Positions 9,179-21,704 of a DNA stretch of 64,000 bases are shown in pieces. The stretch comes from Candidatus Rubrimentiphilum sp. (GTDB taxonomy: Bacteria; Vulcanimicrobiota; Vulcanimicrobiia; Vulcanimicrobiales; Vulcanimicrobiaceae). The notes beneath the pieces were generated by a model. The model worked only from the letters and a program-made list of their open reading frames with translations, was not told where the DNA came from and did not search any database. The stretch lies in contig DASUIF010000003.1 in assembly GCA_036273135.1 (NCBI GenBank), positions 122,742-186,741 of the forward strand, read 5' to 3'. How positions within the stretch are numbered: the stretch's first letter is position 1; each line of letters starts with the position of its first letter. A program made the position numbers and the translations under genes.

Positions 9179-9878
9179 GAATCCCGAGCGCCGGAAAGCT
9201 GACGTTTTGCAGAACGAGCGTGCTCGAAAAAGCGCCATCCCTTGAATTGGGCGCCGGTTGCCAATTGGCGTCGATCTCGGATATCCACCACACCGCCTGC
9301 GGGCCGTACGGTTTGAAAGAATAGTCGATTGTCGCGCTCCAACCGCCGGGGTTTTCCGCGTACGTCAGCTTGCGAACCTGGAACGTCGTACGATCGACCC
9401 AGAGCGCGCGCAGCGGATACTGATTGGGAGCGTTGAGCGGCCGCAAGAGCAAGTGATAGACGGCCGAGTCGTCGAGTTGCTCTTCGCCCGCGAGCGTGAC
9501 GTCGTAATGCGCGGCCCGTACCTGTGCGATGACGGGGAGTTTGGAAGGCGCAAACGGATCGGGCTGCGCGCTGCCCGGATAGACCGACGAAATGTTGAAA
9601 CCGAGCGGAGAATATGCCGGGCCTTCGCAGTTGGGACCTCGGCTCGTTTTTGGTTGATCCAGTCCTTGGTCGATCTCCACGGTCGCGCACCAATGATCGA
9701 ACGTGCGCAGCACGACGTGTTCGTTTCCGCGGGTGATGGCGCCGGCTGCGTCGCGGTGCGTGATCGCCGTGTCGAAAGCAACGTACGGGGGAAGCGCGCG
9801 AGCCTCCCAGGCGTCTTCGGCGTGAAAGAAGATCTGAAGCGGCGTGAGAACCGCGGCGAACATCGCGGCCGGCAGCAT
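9171..9878 (-). CDS. Hypothetical exported protein (possibly LolA-like fold)
   Basis: 235 aa with a hydrophobic N-terminus and beta-rich composition. No diagnostic motif. Confidence 0.45.
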   Translation of the reverse strand: MLPAAMFAAVLTPLQIFFHAEDAWEARALPPYVAFDTAITHRDAAGAITRGNEHVVLRTFDHWCATVEIDQGLDQPKTSRGPNCEGPAYSPLGFNISSVYPGSAQPDPFAPSKLPVIAQVRAAHYDVTLAGEEQLDDSAVYHLLLRPLNAPNQYPLRALWVDRTTFQVRKLTYAENPGGWSATIDYSFKPYGPQAVWWISEIDANWQPAPNSRDGAFSSTLVLQNVSFPALGILR

Positions 9879-9900
9879 GCTAACGCCTCATCACGCGGGG

Positions 9901-10353
9901 CTAGGAGCTGTAGCGGCGGCTGATCTCCTGGGCGCGCTGATACGTCTGCGTCGCGCGCGAATGAAACATGGCAGTTCCCGACGCTTCGGGCGGCATGCGC
10001 AAGACGATGTGAGTGCCTTGCGCGCTTGCCTCGACGGTGAGCGGAACGCGCGTTCCCAGCAGTATCGCGCGGCGGTACTCGTTGTGATCGACGCCGATTG
10101 CCGGCGGTCCCTGCGCGTACAAGTGAATGGTCGGGCCGGCCATCTCGCTCTCGACGGAAACGGCCAGCGCCCAATGCCCGCGTTCGGTTTCGGCCGCAAG
10201 CAACTCACCGAGCACCAGTTCGAGCGCAAACAGGTCCGCGCCCGGATCGCCGGCGAGCCCTCGTACCTCGTCAATGGCGCTGCGGCGCACGCGCGCGACC
10301 GAGAACGCGTCGGCGGAGTCGATCGACCAGTTCATCCATCTCAGTTCTTCCAC
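9901..10353 (-). CDS. Hypothetical protein, RsbW/SpoIIAB-like (GHKL anti-sigma-kinase-like) pattern with apparently degenerate catalytic residues
   Basis: 150 aa. The segment ALELVLGELLAAETERGHWALAV...IHLYAQGP resembles the N-box/G1 region of anti-sigma serine kinases but lacks the Asn and Asp. Weak, by-eye call. Confidence 0.35.
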   Translation of the reverse strand: MEELRWMNWSIDSADAFSVARVRRSAIDEVRGLAGDPGADLFALELVLGELLAAETERGHWALAVSVESEMAGPTIHLYAQGPPAIGVDHNEYRRAILLGTRVPLTVEASAQGTHIVLRMPPEASGTAMFHSRATQTYQRAQEISRRYSS

Positions 10354-10582
10354 AATTCCGGACTTGCCACGCCGGGCAAGCGTGTGATAGACTCCGCCGT
10401 GACATGTCCCGGCATCACCAACCCTTTGCGGTTCAAGAGATTTTCTTTTTCACGGCGTTGTTACCAATCGCTTGGTTGTTTACGCTGCTTTTCGGGCACA
10501 AGATCTTTGACCGCCTTCACCGTGGCCGCCGCTCGGGCCGTGGTCTCCTGACCCAGCCGGCTGAGTAGACCCCCCTCTACCC

Positions 10583-10611
10583 TTGTAGTGATTTTGGGCG
10601 GGTGATATACT
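10583..10611 (+). promoter_or_regulatory. Candidate sigma70-type promoter for rpoB: TTGTAG-17 nt-TATACT
   Basis: -35 at 10583-10588, 17-nt spacer, -10 at 10606-10611. About 145 nt upstream of the rpoB start. The upstream gene is divergent. Confidence 0.5.
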
Positions 10612-10647
10612 ATTCGCCTGTGCCCTGGCCGCTAGGCATATAAAAAG

Positions 10648-10692
10648 AAAGAACGAGTCACCACGAGCGGGGTGGTCGGCGTCGTTCTTTTT
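10648..10692 (+). promoter_or_regulatory. Long terminator-like hairpin in the rpoB leader (candidate attenuator)
   Basis: AAAGAACGA (10648-10656) pairs with TCGTTCTTT (10682-10690). Inner helix ACCAC/GTGGT; about 17 bp in total with two bulges. The 3' arm runs into TTTTT. Confidence 0.4.
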
Positions 10693-10754
10693 CGTGTGCT
10701 CGGGGCGGGCACGATCCGCTTCCTTCCTTATATACCACCGAAGAGAGAGAGATA

Positions 10755-14666
<3,912 letters not shown>

Positions 14667-14670
14667 AGAA

Positions 14671-14694
14671 AAGGGCCCCCGTCCGGGGGCCCTT
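14671..14694 (+). terminator. GC-rich hairpin immediately after the rpoB stop
   Basis: AAGGGCCCCC-GTCC-GGGGGCCCTT: perfect 10-bp stem, 4-nt loop, starting 5 nt after the TAG. Only a short T-run follows. Confidence 0.6.
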
Positions 14695-14758
14695 TCCCTG
14701 TCCTGAGTGAGCCGAAGAGTTAAAAAGGGATTAGAGTGAGCTGAGGGAATCCGCCCTG

Positions 14759-14782
14759 ATAGGCAGGCTTCAGCCTACCTAT
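14759..14782 (+). promoter_or_regulatory. Imperfect inverted repeat ATAGGCAGGC-TTCA-GCCTACCTAT upstream of the barrel gene
   Basis: 10-bp arms with one mismatch, about 40 nt upstream of the ATG at 14821. Confidence 0.25.
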
Positions 14783-14820
14783 TATTAGCGGCGCTATTTG
14801 CAAATCTGAAAGGGAAGCTC

Positions 14821-17800
14821 ATGAGCTCTTTTCATGGCAAGCAAAGTGCGCGGACGATTTTACATTTGTTCGCGGCACTTTTCATCGCTTGCTCGTTGCT
14901 CGTACAAACATGCGCGCCGGCGTTTGCTGGAACCACGGGGATCCTCAGCGGAACCGCAACGGATTCCGCAACGCAGGCACCATTAGCAGGCGTCCAAGTC
15001 GTCGCACTCGCGCCGACCGGACGCTATACGGCAACAACCAATAACAGTGGATTCTATTCCATAGCGGGCCTATCGCCCGACACGTACTCAGTTTCATTCA
15101 ATCTCTCCGGATACGAGCCGGTCTCGATCCCCGGTCAAAACGTCTTCGCCGATTTGACGACGACCGTCAGCACGACGCTGGTGAAGTCGCTGCGCACGAT
15201 CGCGCACGTGACCTCGCGCAGCGCGGGCGGCGCGTTCCAACCGAATCAAACGGTGAACACGTACAGCGTTACCCAGCATCAGGTCCAAACGATTCTGGGA
15301 ACGGCGCTGAACCTGGCGGAATCGACCCTGATCACCTCGCTGCCGGGCGGCTCGGCCGACTCGAGCGGCTATCCGGTTATTCGCGGCGGCCGCGAAAACG
15401 AAGAGAACTTCGAATTCGAAGGCATTCCGTATACCGACGCGTTCACCAACCAGTTCACCAACTCGCTGAGTACGCCCGGCTTGGGTGTGCAGAGCGCGCA
15501 GTTGACGCCGGGTCTTGGAAATGCGTCACAGGATAACTACGGAACGGGCACGTTCAACCTGATCGCCAGGCGCGGAACATATCCGGGCTTTGCGACGGGC
15601 CAGTTTGCAGTGGGCGCGCCGGCCTTCCGGCACCAGGCAAACTTGGAATGGGGATTCGCATCGCCCAACGGGCGGATCTCGGCCTACATGGCGCTGTCGG
15701 ACAACAACCAGAACAGCGCGTTCAACACGCTCACTACCCCCTGCACGCTGATCGGCACGTGCTTCTCGCGATTGTATCAGTTCAAACGCGAGTTCTTAGG
15801 GAACGTCGTTTACAAGTTCGGTAACAACAACAACCAAGCACTCCAGCTTTTCACGGACATCGCCCAGAACAACTTCTTCACAGGGTACGGGTTCGGGGGA
15901 AACAACGGCAACGGGCTGTGCATGGCGACCTGCGATCCGTTTACGCTGCAGCAGATGGCGGCATTTTCCGGATTTGCGAGCAACCCGATAAATGGGATAA
16001 CCTGTCCTTCGCCGCTGAACTGCGCGGGATACACGGCGCCTCCGCTGGGCAACCCGCCCAGTGCGGCCGCGCTTCTCGCCTATACCCGGATCCAGGGAAT
16101 TCAGAGCCTCCTACAGCTCTATCCCGGACAAACATCGGTCAATCAGACGTTGGGTTCGAACGGCTCGATGCCGCAGACCAATTATCAGCCTAACGCCGCA
16201 TTCAAGCTCGGCTACATTTGGAACATCAACAGCTCGAGCGTGCTCGAGATGATGGCGTACCATCTGGACGCCGTCACCACATTCGATCTTCCGCTTGCCG
16301 GCGGATATTCGTCCTTCAATGTCGCTCGCCAGCAGTTGCAAGGCGGCAGAACGTCGGGTTACAAACTCGACTATACCAAGCAGATGGGCGATAAGAACCT
16401 GCTCAAAGCCGGCGGTGAGTACAAGTACCTCATTCCGGTATTCGATGCGCCCGCCAACGACTTTGGGTTCATCAACGTGATGTTCGAGCATAGCGAACAG
16501 TACGATTTCTGGACACCCGCGCAATGCACGGCGATGAACACAGCGGCGGTCGGAATCCCCCCTGCCGCCTGTGGTTACATCTACAACAACGGCGTTTCCA
16601 ACGTAGCCTCACCGCAGACCCTTCCGAGGGCCTACGAGAACACGTCGGTCGAACGGCACGACTACGCCGCTTACATCGACGACACGTGGTCGCCGAACGA
16701 TAAGCTGAAGCTCGAAGGCGGTATCCGTTTCGACGGATCGAGCCTGGGTTATCCGAAGGCGCAGATCGATCCCTATACCTGCACCTCGGTCTTCTTGCCG
16801 ACGTACTCGACGGACGCCAACGGCGTTCTGCTGACGACGCCGAGCACGAACCCGAATGCTCAAACAACCTACACCAATCCGGTCACCAATCTGCCCGCGG
16901 TGAGCCCGCTCGGCACGTGTCCGGTGGCGACGTTCCCGCAATTGACCACGCTCTCGCGGCGTCCGCTCGTTCCTGAGCCGATTGTCGCGGCGACCTACCG
17001 TCTGGGCGCGAACGATTCCGTCCGCGCGTCATGGGGACGTTCGGTCGGCATGCCCAATCTGGGCCTGGTCGATTTCTCTGCCAACATCAACTATTTTGGC
17101 GGGCCGAATCGGCAGTTCTTCAAGATCCCCGGCTATACGGGAGATTGCGGAGTTCTTTCAGACCAAGTCTGTGCGAACTACGCCGAGCAACTCTACTGGG
17201 ATAACGCCCGCGAGTTCGCCGGCGGCGTTCCGCTGATGCCCGTTCGCCCGACGGTCTTCGTGAACGCGGACTTCTCCTGGGAACACCAATTCACGCGCGG
17301 ACTCTTGAACGGCGTTTCGTTCAAGCTGACGCCGTGGTACCGCAAAGCTCAAGATGAGACCGCCCTGGTTACAACGCCAAAGGTTGTCGGCGGCGTCATT
17401 CTTACCAATCCGATCAACGGCGCGATCATCTTCAACCCGTCGACGGCCAACAACCTCGGTAAGAACCAGGCGACCGGCGTCGAGATGCAGTTCACGAAAG
17501 AGCAAACCTACGGCCTCTCGGGTCAGGTGAGCTTCACGTATCAGAACGAACTCTCGAGTGTCATCCCGACCTCGGGCAGCGAGGACTTCTATCCGTCAAT
17601 CCCGGCGCAATCGGTATTGCTCGGGAACGTCTACCGCGCGGGGTTCCTCTCGCCATTCGTGGCGTCGTTCGACCTCTCGTACCAAACGCACAACGGCTGG
17701 AGAATCTCGCCTCAAACCCAATGGAACATCGGTTATCCGATCAGCCCCGGACTTATCACCTCGGCCTTTGTTAACGGTCAGCCCTACAACTTACCGTTTA

Positions 17801-18237
17801 CAAACGCTTGCCCCGGCTGCTCGACTTCGGGCACCGGACAGTGGGTCGATCCGATGAACCCGGGCTCGTTCTTCGCACCGAATGTCGCGGCCAACCGCGG
17901 TATTCCGATGCAGGCGGCCAACGGCGGCAAACTCTCGCACCCGAGTTCGTTCACCAACCTCACCATCGAATACAATGCTCCGAAGACATGGACCGCCGGC
18001 GTGGAGGTCTTCAATCTTTTCGGTGCACTGTACGGCGGACCGTCGCTCAACGGACGCTGGCAGCCGCTTGCCAATGGAATTTCAGGCCCGCTGACGGGCC
18101 AGAACTCCACCGGCCTGAACTTCCCGCAATACGGCATGATCGGAAACTACGGAGCCTTGCGTCACGGTACGAACGCGTACATCGACACACCGAACGGCAT
18201 CCGGAGCTTCGTGTTCTACTTCCAAGTGAAAATGTAA
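14821..18237 (+). CDS. Outer-membrane TonB-dependent-receptor-like protein with N-terminal carboxypeptidase-regulatory-like domain
   Basis: 1138 aa. Signal peptide (CAPAFAGT). CarboxypepD_reg pattern GILSGTATDSATQAPLAGVQVVALAPTGRYTATTNNSGFYSIAGLSPDTYSV. Plug-like segment GYPVIRGGRENEENFEFEGIPYTD. Long beta-rich barrel ending ...SFVFYFQVKM. Confidence 0.85.
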   Translation: MSSFHGKQSARTILHLFAALFIACSLLVQTCAPAFAGTTGILSGTATDSATQAPLAGVQVVALAPTGRYTATTNNSGFYSIAGLSPDTYSVSFNLSGYEPVSIPGQNVFADLTTTVSTTLVKSLRTIAHVTSRSAGGAFQPNQTVNTYSVTQHQVQTILGTALNLAESTLITSLPGGSADSSGYPVIRGGRENEENFEFEGIPYTDAFTNQFTNSLSTPGLGVQSAQLTPGLGNASQDNYGTGTFNLIARRGTYPGFATGQFAVGAPAFRHQANLEWGFASPNGRISAYMALSDNNQNSAFNTLTTPCTLIGTCFSRLYQFKREFLGNVVYKFGNNNNQALQLFTDIAQNNFFTGYGFGGNNGNGLCMATCDPFTLQQMAAFSGFASNPINGITCPSPLNCAGYTAPPLGNPPSAAALLAYTRIQGIQSLLQLYPGQTSVNQTLGSNGSMPQTNYQPNAAFKLGYIWNINSSSVLEMMAYHLDAVTTFDLPLAGGYSSFNVARQQLQGGRTSGYKLDYTKQMGDKNLLKAGGEYKYLIPVFDAPANDFGFINVMFEHSEQYDFWTPAQCTAMNTAAVGIPPAACGYIYNNGVSNVASPQTLPRAYENTSVERHDYAAYIDDTWSPNDKLKLEGGIRFDGSSLGYPKAQIDPYTCTSVFLPTYSTDANGVLLTTPSTNPNAQTTYTNPVTNLPAVSPLGTCPVATFPQLTTLSRRPLVPEPIVAATYRLGANDSVRASWGRSVGMPNLGLVDFSANINYFGGPNRQFFKIPGYTGDCGVLSDQVCANYAEQLYWDNAREFAGGVPLMPVRPTVFVNADFSWEHQFTRGLLNGVSFKLTPWYRKAQDETALVTTPKVVGGVILTNPINGAIIFNPSTANNLGKNQATGVEMQFTKEQTYGLSGQVSFTYQNELSSVIPTSGSEDFYPSIPAQSVLLGNVYRAGFLSPFVASFDLSYQTHNGWRISPQTQWNIGYPISPGLITSAFVNGQPYNLPFTNACPGCSTSGTGQWVDPMNPGSFFAPNVAANRGIPMQAANGGKLSHPSSFTNLTIEYNAPKTWTAGVEVFNLFGALYGGPSLNGRWQPLANGISGPLTGQNSTGLNFPQYGMIGNYGALRHGTNAYIDTPNGIRSFVFYFQVKM

Positions 18238-18246
18238 GGAGCAATC

Positions 18247-19410
18247 TTGACTAACTACAAATACATCGCCGCCGTAGTGGTCGGAGTGCTCCTTGCGGGG
18301 TGCTCCGCCAACGGTACCGCGAGCCCGCCGACTTCGGTCGTATCGAACCTAAACGCAGACGTCCTTCAACTCGCCGTAGGTACGGCGAACATGGGACAAG
18401 ATGGGGGCGCGATTGGCCTGAACGTCGTAACGACGTTCAGGCAGCCCAACGGGAATTCGGCGGCGTTGGTCAACACGCCAACGATCACTGGCCCCGCGGG
18501 GCTTGTCGTGCCTGCTTGCGGGTCAGGCTGCATAGATGCGGGTACAAACCACATGAGCGCAGCGCCGCAAAACGTCAACCCCGGCGTAGCCAACCCTGTT
18601 ACGGTCTTCGGTCAGACAAACGGCGTTTTTTCTTACGCGATCGCGCCGGATAACACGTCGACGAGCGGGGCGGCTTCGTACAACCTAAACCTCCAGCCGT
18701 TTTTCGCTACGGTCGGAAACTTGCGATACATAGGCGGCCCTCCCGCGTACCCGTTCTTTAAAGACGGAACCTACCCGGGTGGAACCGCCTCAATATCGTC
18801 TGGCGGTTCGACCACAAGCTTCTTCAATGGCTACACGCAAGGCTTTACGGAATTTCAACTGACTCCAGTCGCTGGATCCTATACGCTGAGCGACCTCGTT
18901 GCCACGGGCAATGCCGGGAGCCAGACCTTTACCGCTTCAAGCACCCTGTCGAATCTGACGCCGTTGCCCGCTTTAGCTGCGCCAACGTTCGTAAAGGACG
19001 GATTAGGCGGTGGAAATGGCACGGTGACCGTTCCTGCGGATGCACGCGTTGTCGAAACCATGATCTACGTCAACGATCTGGTGCCGGTTTTTGGCGGCTC
19101 GGTGACCGAACCGCGCTGGTACACGATTGGCCCGATTCGGGGCACTGGTGTGCAAGCGTTCACGTTACCTGACTTCCTGGGACCTTGCGGCGGCGCCGCC
19201 GGGACCGGCTGTCAGAACAACTCTGCAACACGCACGCAGACTATCTTGACCGGAACGACGTTCCGGATCTACGCGGCAACATACGATTATCCGGCGTTCG
19301 AAGCTTCACCGCCGGGAAATACTCAACAGTCCCCGACAATCAACGGCGGCGCGGCCACCAGCAACCAAGCGGACATCACGACCTCACCCTTTGTGTCGGC
19401 GGTTTACTAA
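18247..19410 (+). CDS. Lipoprotein, function unknown
   Basis: 387 aa. Lipobox LLAGCSANG. Thr/Gly/Ser/Pro-rich and beta-rich. Starts 9 nt after the barrel gene. Confidence 0.7.
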   Translation: MTNYKYIAAVVVGVLLAGCSANGTASPPTSVVSNLNADVLQLAVGTANMGQDGGAIGLNVVTTFRQPNGNSAALVNTPTITGPAGLVVPACGSGCIDAGTNHMSAAPQNVNPGVANPVTVFGQTNGVFSYAIAPDNTSTSGAASYNLNLQPFFATVGNLRYIGGPPAYPFFKDGTYPGGTASISSGGSTTSFFNGYTQGFTEFQLTPVAGSYTLSDLVATGNAGSQTFTASSTLSNLTPLPALAAPTFVKDGLGGGNGTVTVPADARVVETMIYVNDLVPVFGGSVTEPRWYTIGPIRGTGVQAFTLPDFLGPCGGAAGTGCQNNSATRTQTILTGTTFRIYAATYDYPAFEASPPGNTQQSPTINGGAATSNQADITTSPFVSAVY

Positions 19411-19436
19411 GAGCGAACCGTCGCCGCAAGCAATCG

Positions 19437-19470
19437 GGCCCCGGCATTTATGCCGGGGCCTTTTGTTTTG
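19437..19470 (+). terminator. Rho-independent terminator
   Basis: GGCCCCGGCA-TTTA-TGCCGGGGCC (perfect 10-bp stem) followed by TTTTGTTTTG. Confidence 0.8.
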
Positions 19471-19670
19471 GGTAAGAGCAACGCAGTGCAAGAAACCGTG
19501 CTGGTCATCGCAGAGCCGATCGAACGCGAGGAGCGCCGCGTCGTTCTCCCGATTCGCGTCAGCGCGCGTCCGCGCGACTATTTTGCGTCGGCGTGTTTGC
19601 TGGCTTTTATGGGATTCTTCTGGATGCTGGTCTTCAGTCTACGGTTCTTCGTTCAGAGCCATCATCTGCG

Positions 19671-19937
19671 CTAACGCGCGTCGGCGCTGTTCTTGTCAGA
19701 CGTGATCTCGCCGCGGGTATTGCGCGCGCGCCGCGCTTCGGCGCTCAGCTGCTGGAGCTCCCGGACGTAGAAGGCGACGAGGCGCCGGTCGATGTCGCGG
19801 CCCAGGTTCTCGTGGATGATCCGCCGCAGATCGCGCTCCATCTGATCGATCCCCGGCGGCGCCGGTAGACGGGAATACTCCGCAGCAAGATCTTTGATGC
19901 TGCGCCAAACCCTATCGGGGGCGCCGGGACCGTCCAT
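19671..19937 (-). CDS. Hypothetical protein (88 aa, helical)
   Basis: ORF with plausible composition and no motif recognised. Confidence 0.3.
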   Translation of the reverse strand: MDGPGAPDRVWRSIKDLAAEYSRLPAPPGIDQMERDLRRIIHENLGRDIDRRLVAFYVRELQQLSAEARRARNTRGEITSDKNSADAR

Positions 19938-19981
19938 TCACGGTCCTATGCCCAAGTTCGGCAAAAATAAAACACCGGCCG

Positions 19982-20080
19982 CTAGGCGCGGCGGTTCGAT
20001 TCCGCGATCCCGCCCATATACATCAAGATAGTGACCACGATGCCGGCGGCGGCGATGAGCAGAACGATCGTTTGGTTCAT
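19982..20080 (-). CDS. Possible 32-aa single-TM peptide (MNQTIVLLIAAAGIVVTILMYMGGIAESNRRA)
   Basis: Translated by hand; below the ORF-track length cutoff. ATG start, hydrophobic core, basic tail. Confidence 0.2.
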   Translation of the reverse strand: MNQTIVLLIAAAGIVVTILMYMGGIAESNRRA

Positions 20081-20110
20081 GCCGCCCAAGTTAGCCGCCG
20101 GGGCCGGGCG

Positions 20111-20479
20111 TTACTGCGGCAGGGTGATGCGGTAAGCCGCGACCTTGCCGTCGGAGTCGAAGCGCACGATAACCGGGGCCGTACCGTTGCTGAAGTTTGC
20201 GCGGTAGGTATACTCGTTCTTGAGTCCGTCGTTGCTGACATACGTCAGACCCTTGTAGTCGCCCAGCTTGTGCAGTTTGTCGGAGAGCAGGCCGACTTGC
20301 GCCCGCGTGACTTGTTTCTGCAGCGCGCTGTCGAAGTTTTGGGTGACGGCAGCGCCGTCGTCATTGTAGACGGCTTTGGTAACGCCGTCGGCTTGATTTT
20401 GGGCGTTGGCGGCAGGCGACCCGCAGCTCGCCAGCCCCGCGCCGAGAATCAGGCATACGATAAGGCGCGGTGTGCGCAT
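20111..20479 (-). CDS. Small lipoprotein, function unknown
   Basis: 122 aa, lipobox GAGLASCGS. Directly abuts the upstream gene (20480). Confidence 0.65.
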   Translation of the reverse strand: MRTPRLIVCLILGAGLASCGSPAANAQNQADGVTKAVYNDDGAAVTQNFDSALQKQVTRAQVGLLSDKLHKLGDYKGLTYVSNDGLKNEYTYRANFSNGTAPVIVRFDSDGKVAAYRITLPQ

Positions 20480-20929
20480 TTAGAGCTGACCCCATCCGTA
20501 GTTGACCATCGAGACCTGCCTGCTCGGACCGTACGCCGCCGCCGCGACGCGCGTTCTCGGCCGGCTCCCAAATCCGGTCTGCATGGCGGTCTGGCGCCTT
20601 TGCTGGACGATCACCGAGTGTTGGTACGCCACTTCACGCTTGAGATCGACGATCTCGGCAAGCGCGTTGTTGTAGGCGCTGCGCTCGCTCGTGTATGCAG
20701 CCTGCATGTTGCTGTTCTGGGATTCCAATGCTGCCTGCCGGCGCGCGTCTTCCGCGTAACGCTCGTGAACCTTCCGGTTATGCTGAATGATCAAATAGGT
20801 CGCCAAGCCGGCGCCTAATAGGATGTTGCGCGTGCTTGCCGCGCCGTCGGCGAGCGCGGCGGAGGGGGCCGCGGCGGCCAGCATGGCAGCCATGGTCGTT
20901 CCGGCGATCGCCCGTTTCCAGATATTCAT
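20480..20929 (-). CDS. Exported protein with coiled-coil-like middle, function unknown
   Basis: 149 aa, signal peptide ...AAAPSAALADGA, one further hydrophobic segment, Gln/Ala/Arg-rich helix. Confidence 0.55.
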   Translation of the reverse strand: MNIWKRAIAGTTMAAMLAAAAPSAALADGAASTRNILLGAGLATYLIIQHNRKVHERYAEDARRQAALESQNSNMQAAYTSERSAYNNALAEIVDLKREVAYQHSVIVQQRRQTAMQTGFGSRPRTRVAAAAYGPSRQVSMVNYGWGQL

Positions 20930-20999
20930 TCCTCCAGTATTCCCTTCTGGAGAAAAATCACGGGCAGGCGGTCGCCAGCTGAGCGCAAATTCCTGGGCC

Positions 21000-21701
21000 G
21001 TGGTTCACACGGAAGAACGGATTTCACTCGACGACGGCGCGCAGACGACGCTGGAACGCTGGGGAGACCGCGGACCGGCGATTCTTGCGATTCACGGCAT
21101 GACGGGTTCGCGCAAAGCCTGGGAGCAGCTGGCCGCCCACTATGGTGACCGGGCCCGAATCTACGCCTACGATCAGCGCGGCCACGGTGACGGGCCGCCG
21201 GGCGGCCCGATGACCCTGCACCGCTCCCTGCTCGACCTCTACAACGTCATGGCCGCGATTCCGGAAGGCGTCGATACGCTGATCGGACATTCGTGGGGCG
21301 GCGCTATCGCCGTACTGGGCGGACGCCGTTTTGACTGCGCCCGCGTCATCGCGATCGATCCGATGATCCGCCAGTCCGATGCGGCGTGGTACGACGCCTT
21401 TTTGCGCGAGCTGAAAAAGCAGAAGATTCCAAACAAGGCAATCAAAAATCTGCGCGACGAGAATCCGCCGGCAACGTGGGATCTGCGCGCGGATCTCGAG
21501 CGTTATCCCAAACCGCTGCTTCTGGCCGTCGGTGAAGGCCCCGACAGCTTGTTTACGCTCGACGATATGAAATTCGTGCGCGAACGCGGCGGTCCGAACG
21601 TCGCGCTGCGCGTCTTCGAAGGCCAAGGCCACAATCTGCACCGCACCGATTTCGAACGCTTCACGCGCGAATTCGACACGTTCCTCGCGCGCACGCCCTA
21701 A
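21000..21701 (+). CDS. Alpha/beta-fold hydrolase
   Basis: AILAIHGMTGSRKAWEQ (HG oxyanion motif), nucleophile elbow GHSWGG, C-terminal GQGHNLH. The ORF-track start (20823) overlaps the convergently oriented start region of the 20480-20929 gene. The in-frame GTG at 21000 is preferred, but the start is uncertain. Confidence 0.75.
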   Translation: MVHTEERISLDDGAQTTLERWGDRGPAILAIHGMTGSRKAWEQLAAHYGDRARIYAYDQRGHGDGPPGGPMTLHRSLLDLYNVMAAIPEGVDTLIGHSWGGAIAVLGGRRFDCARVIAIDPMIRQSDAAWYDAFLRELKKQKIPNKAIKNLRDENPPATWDLRADLERYPKPLLLAVGEGPDSLFTLDDMKFVRERGGPNVALRVFEGQGHNLHRTDFERFTREFDTFLARTP

Positions 21702-21704
21702 GCG

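Noticed and set aside
14700-14790. TPP-riboswitch-like fragments (CTGAGG ... CCCTGAT followed by a hairpin) upstream of the barrel gene
   Set aside because: Only short pieces resemble the THI-box. I could not build the P1-P5 architecture by eye. A covariance-model scan is needed before any call.
20072-20818. 248-aa plus-strand ORF opposite the two small exported-protein genes
   Set aside because: The minus-strand ORFs have a proper signal peptide and lipobox and abut each other (20479/20480). The plus ORF is Val/Arg-rich without features.
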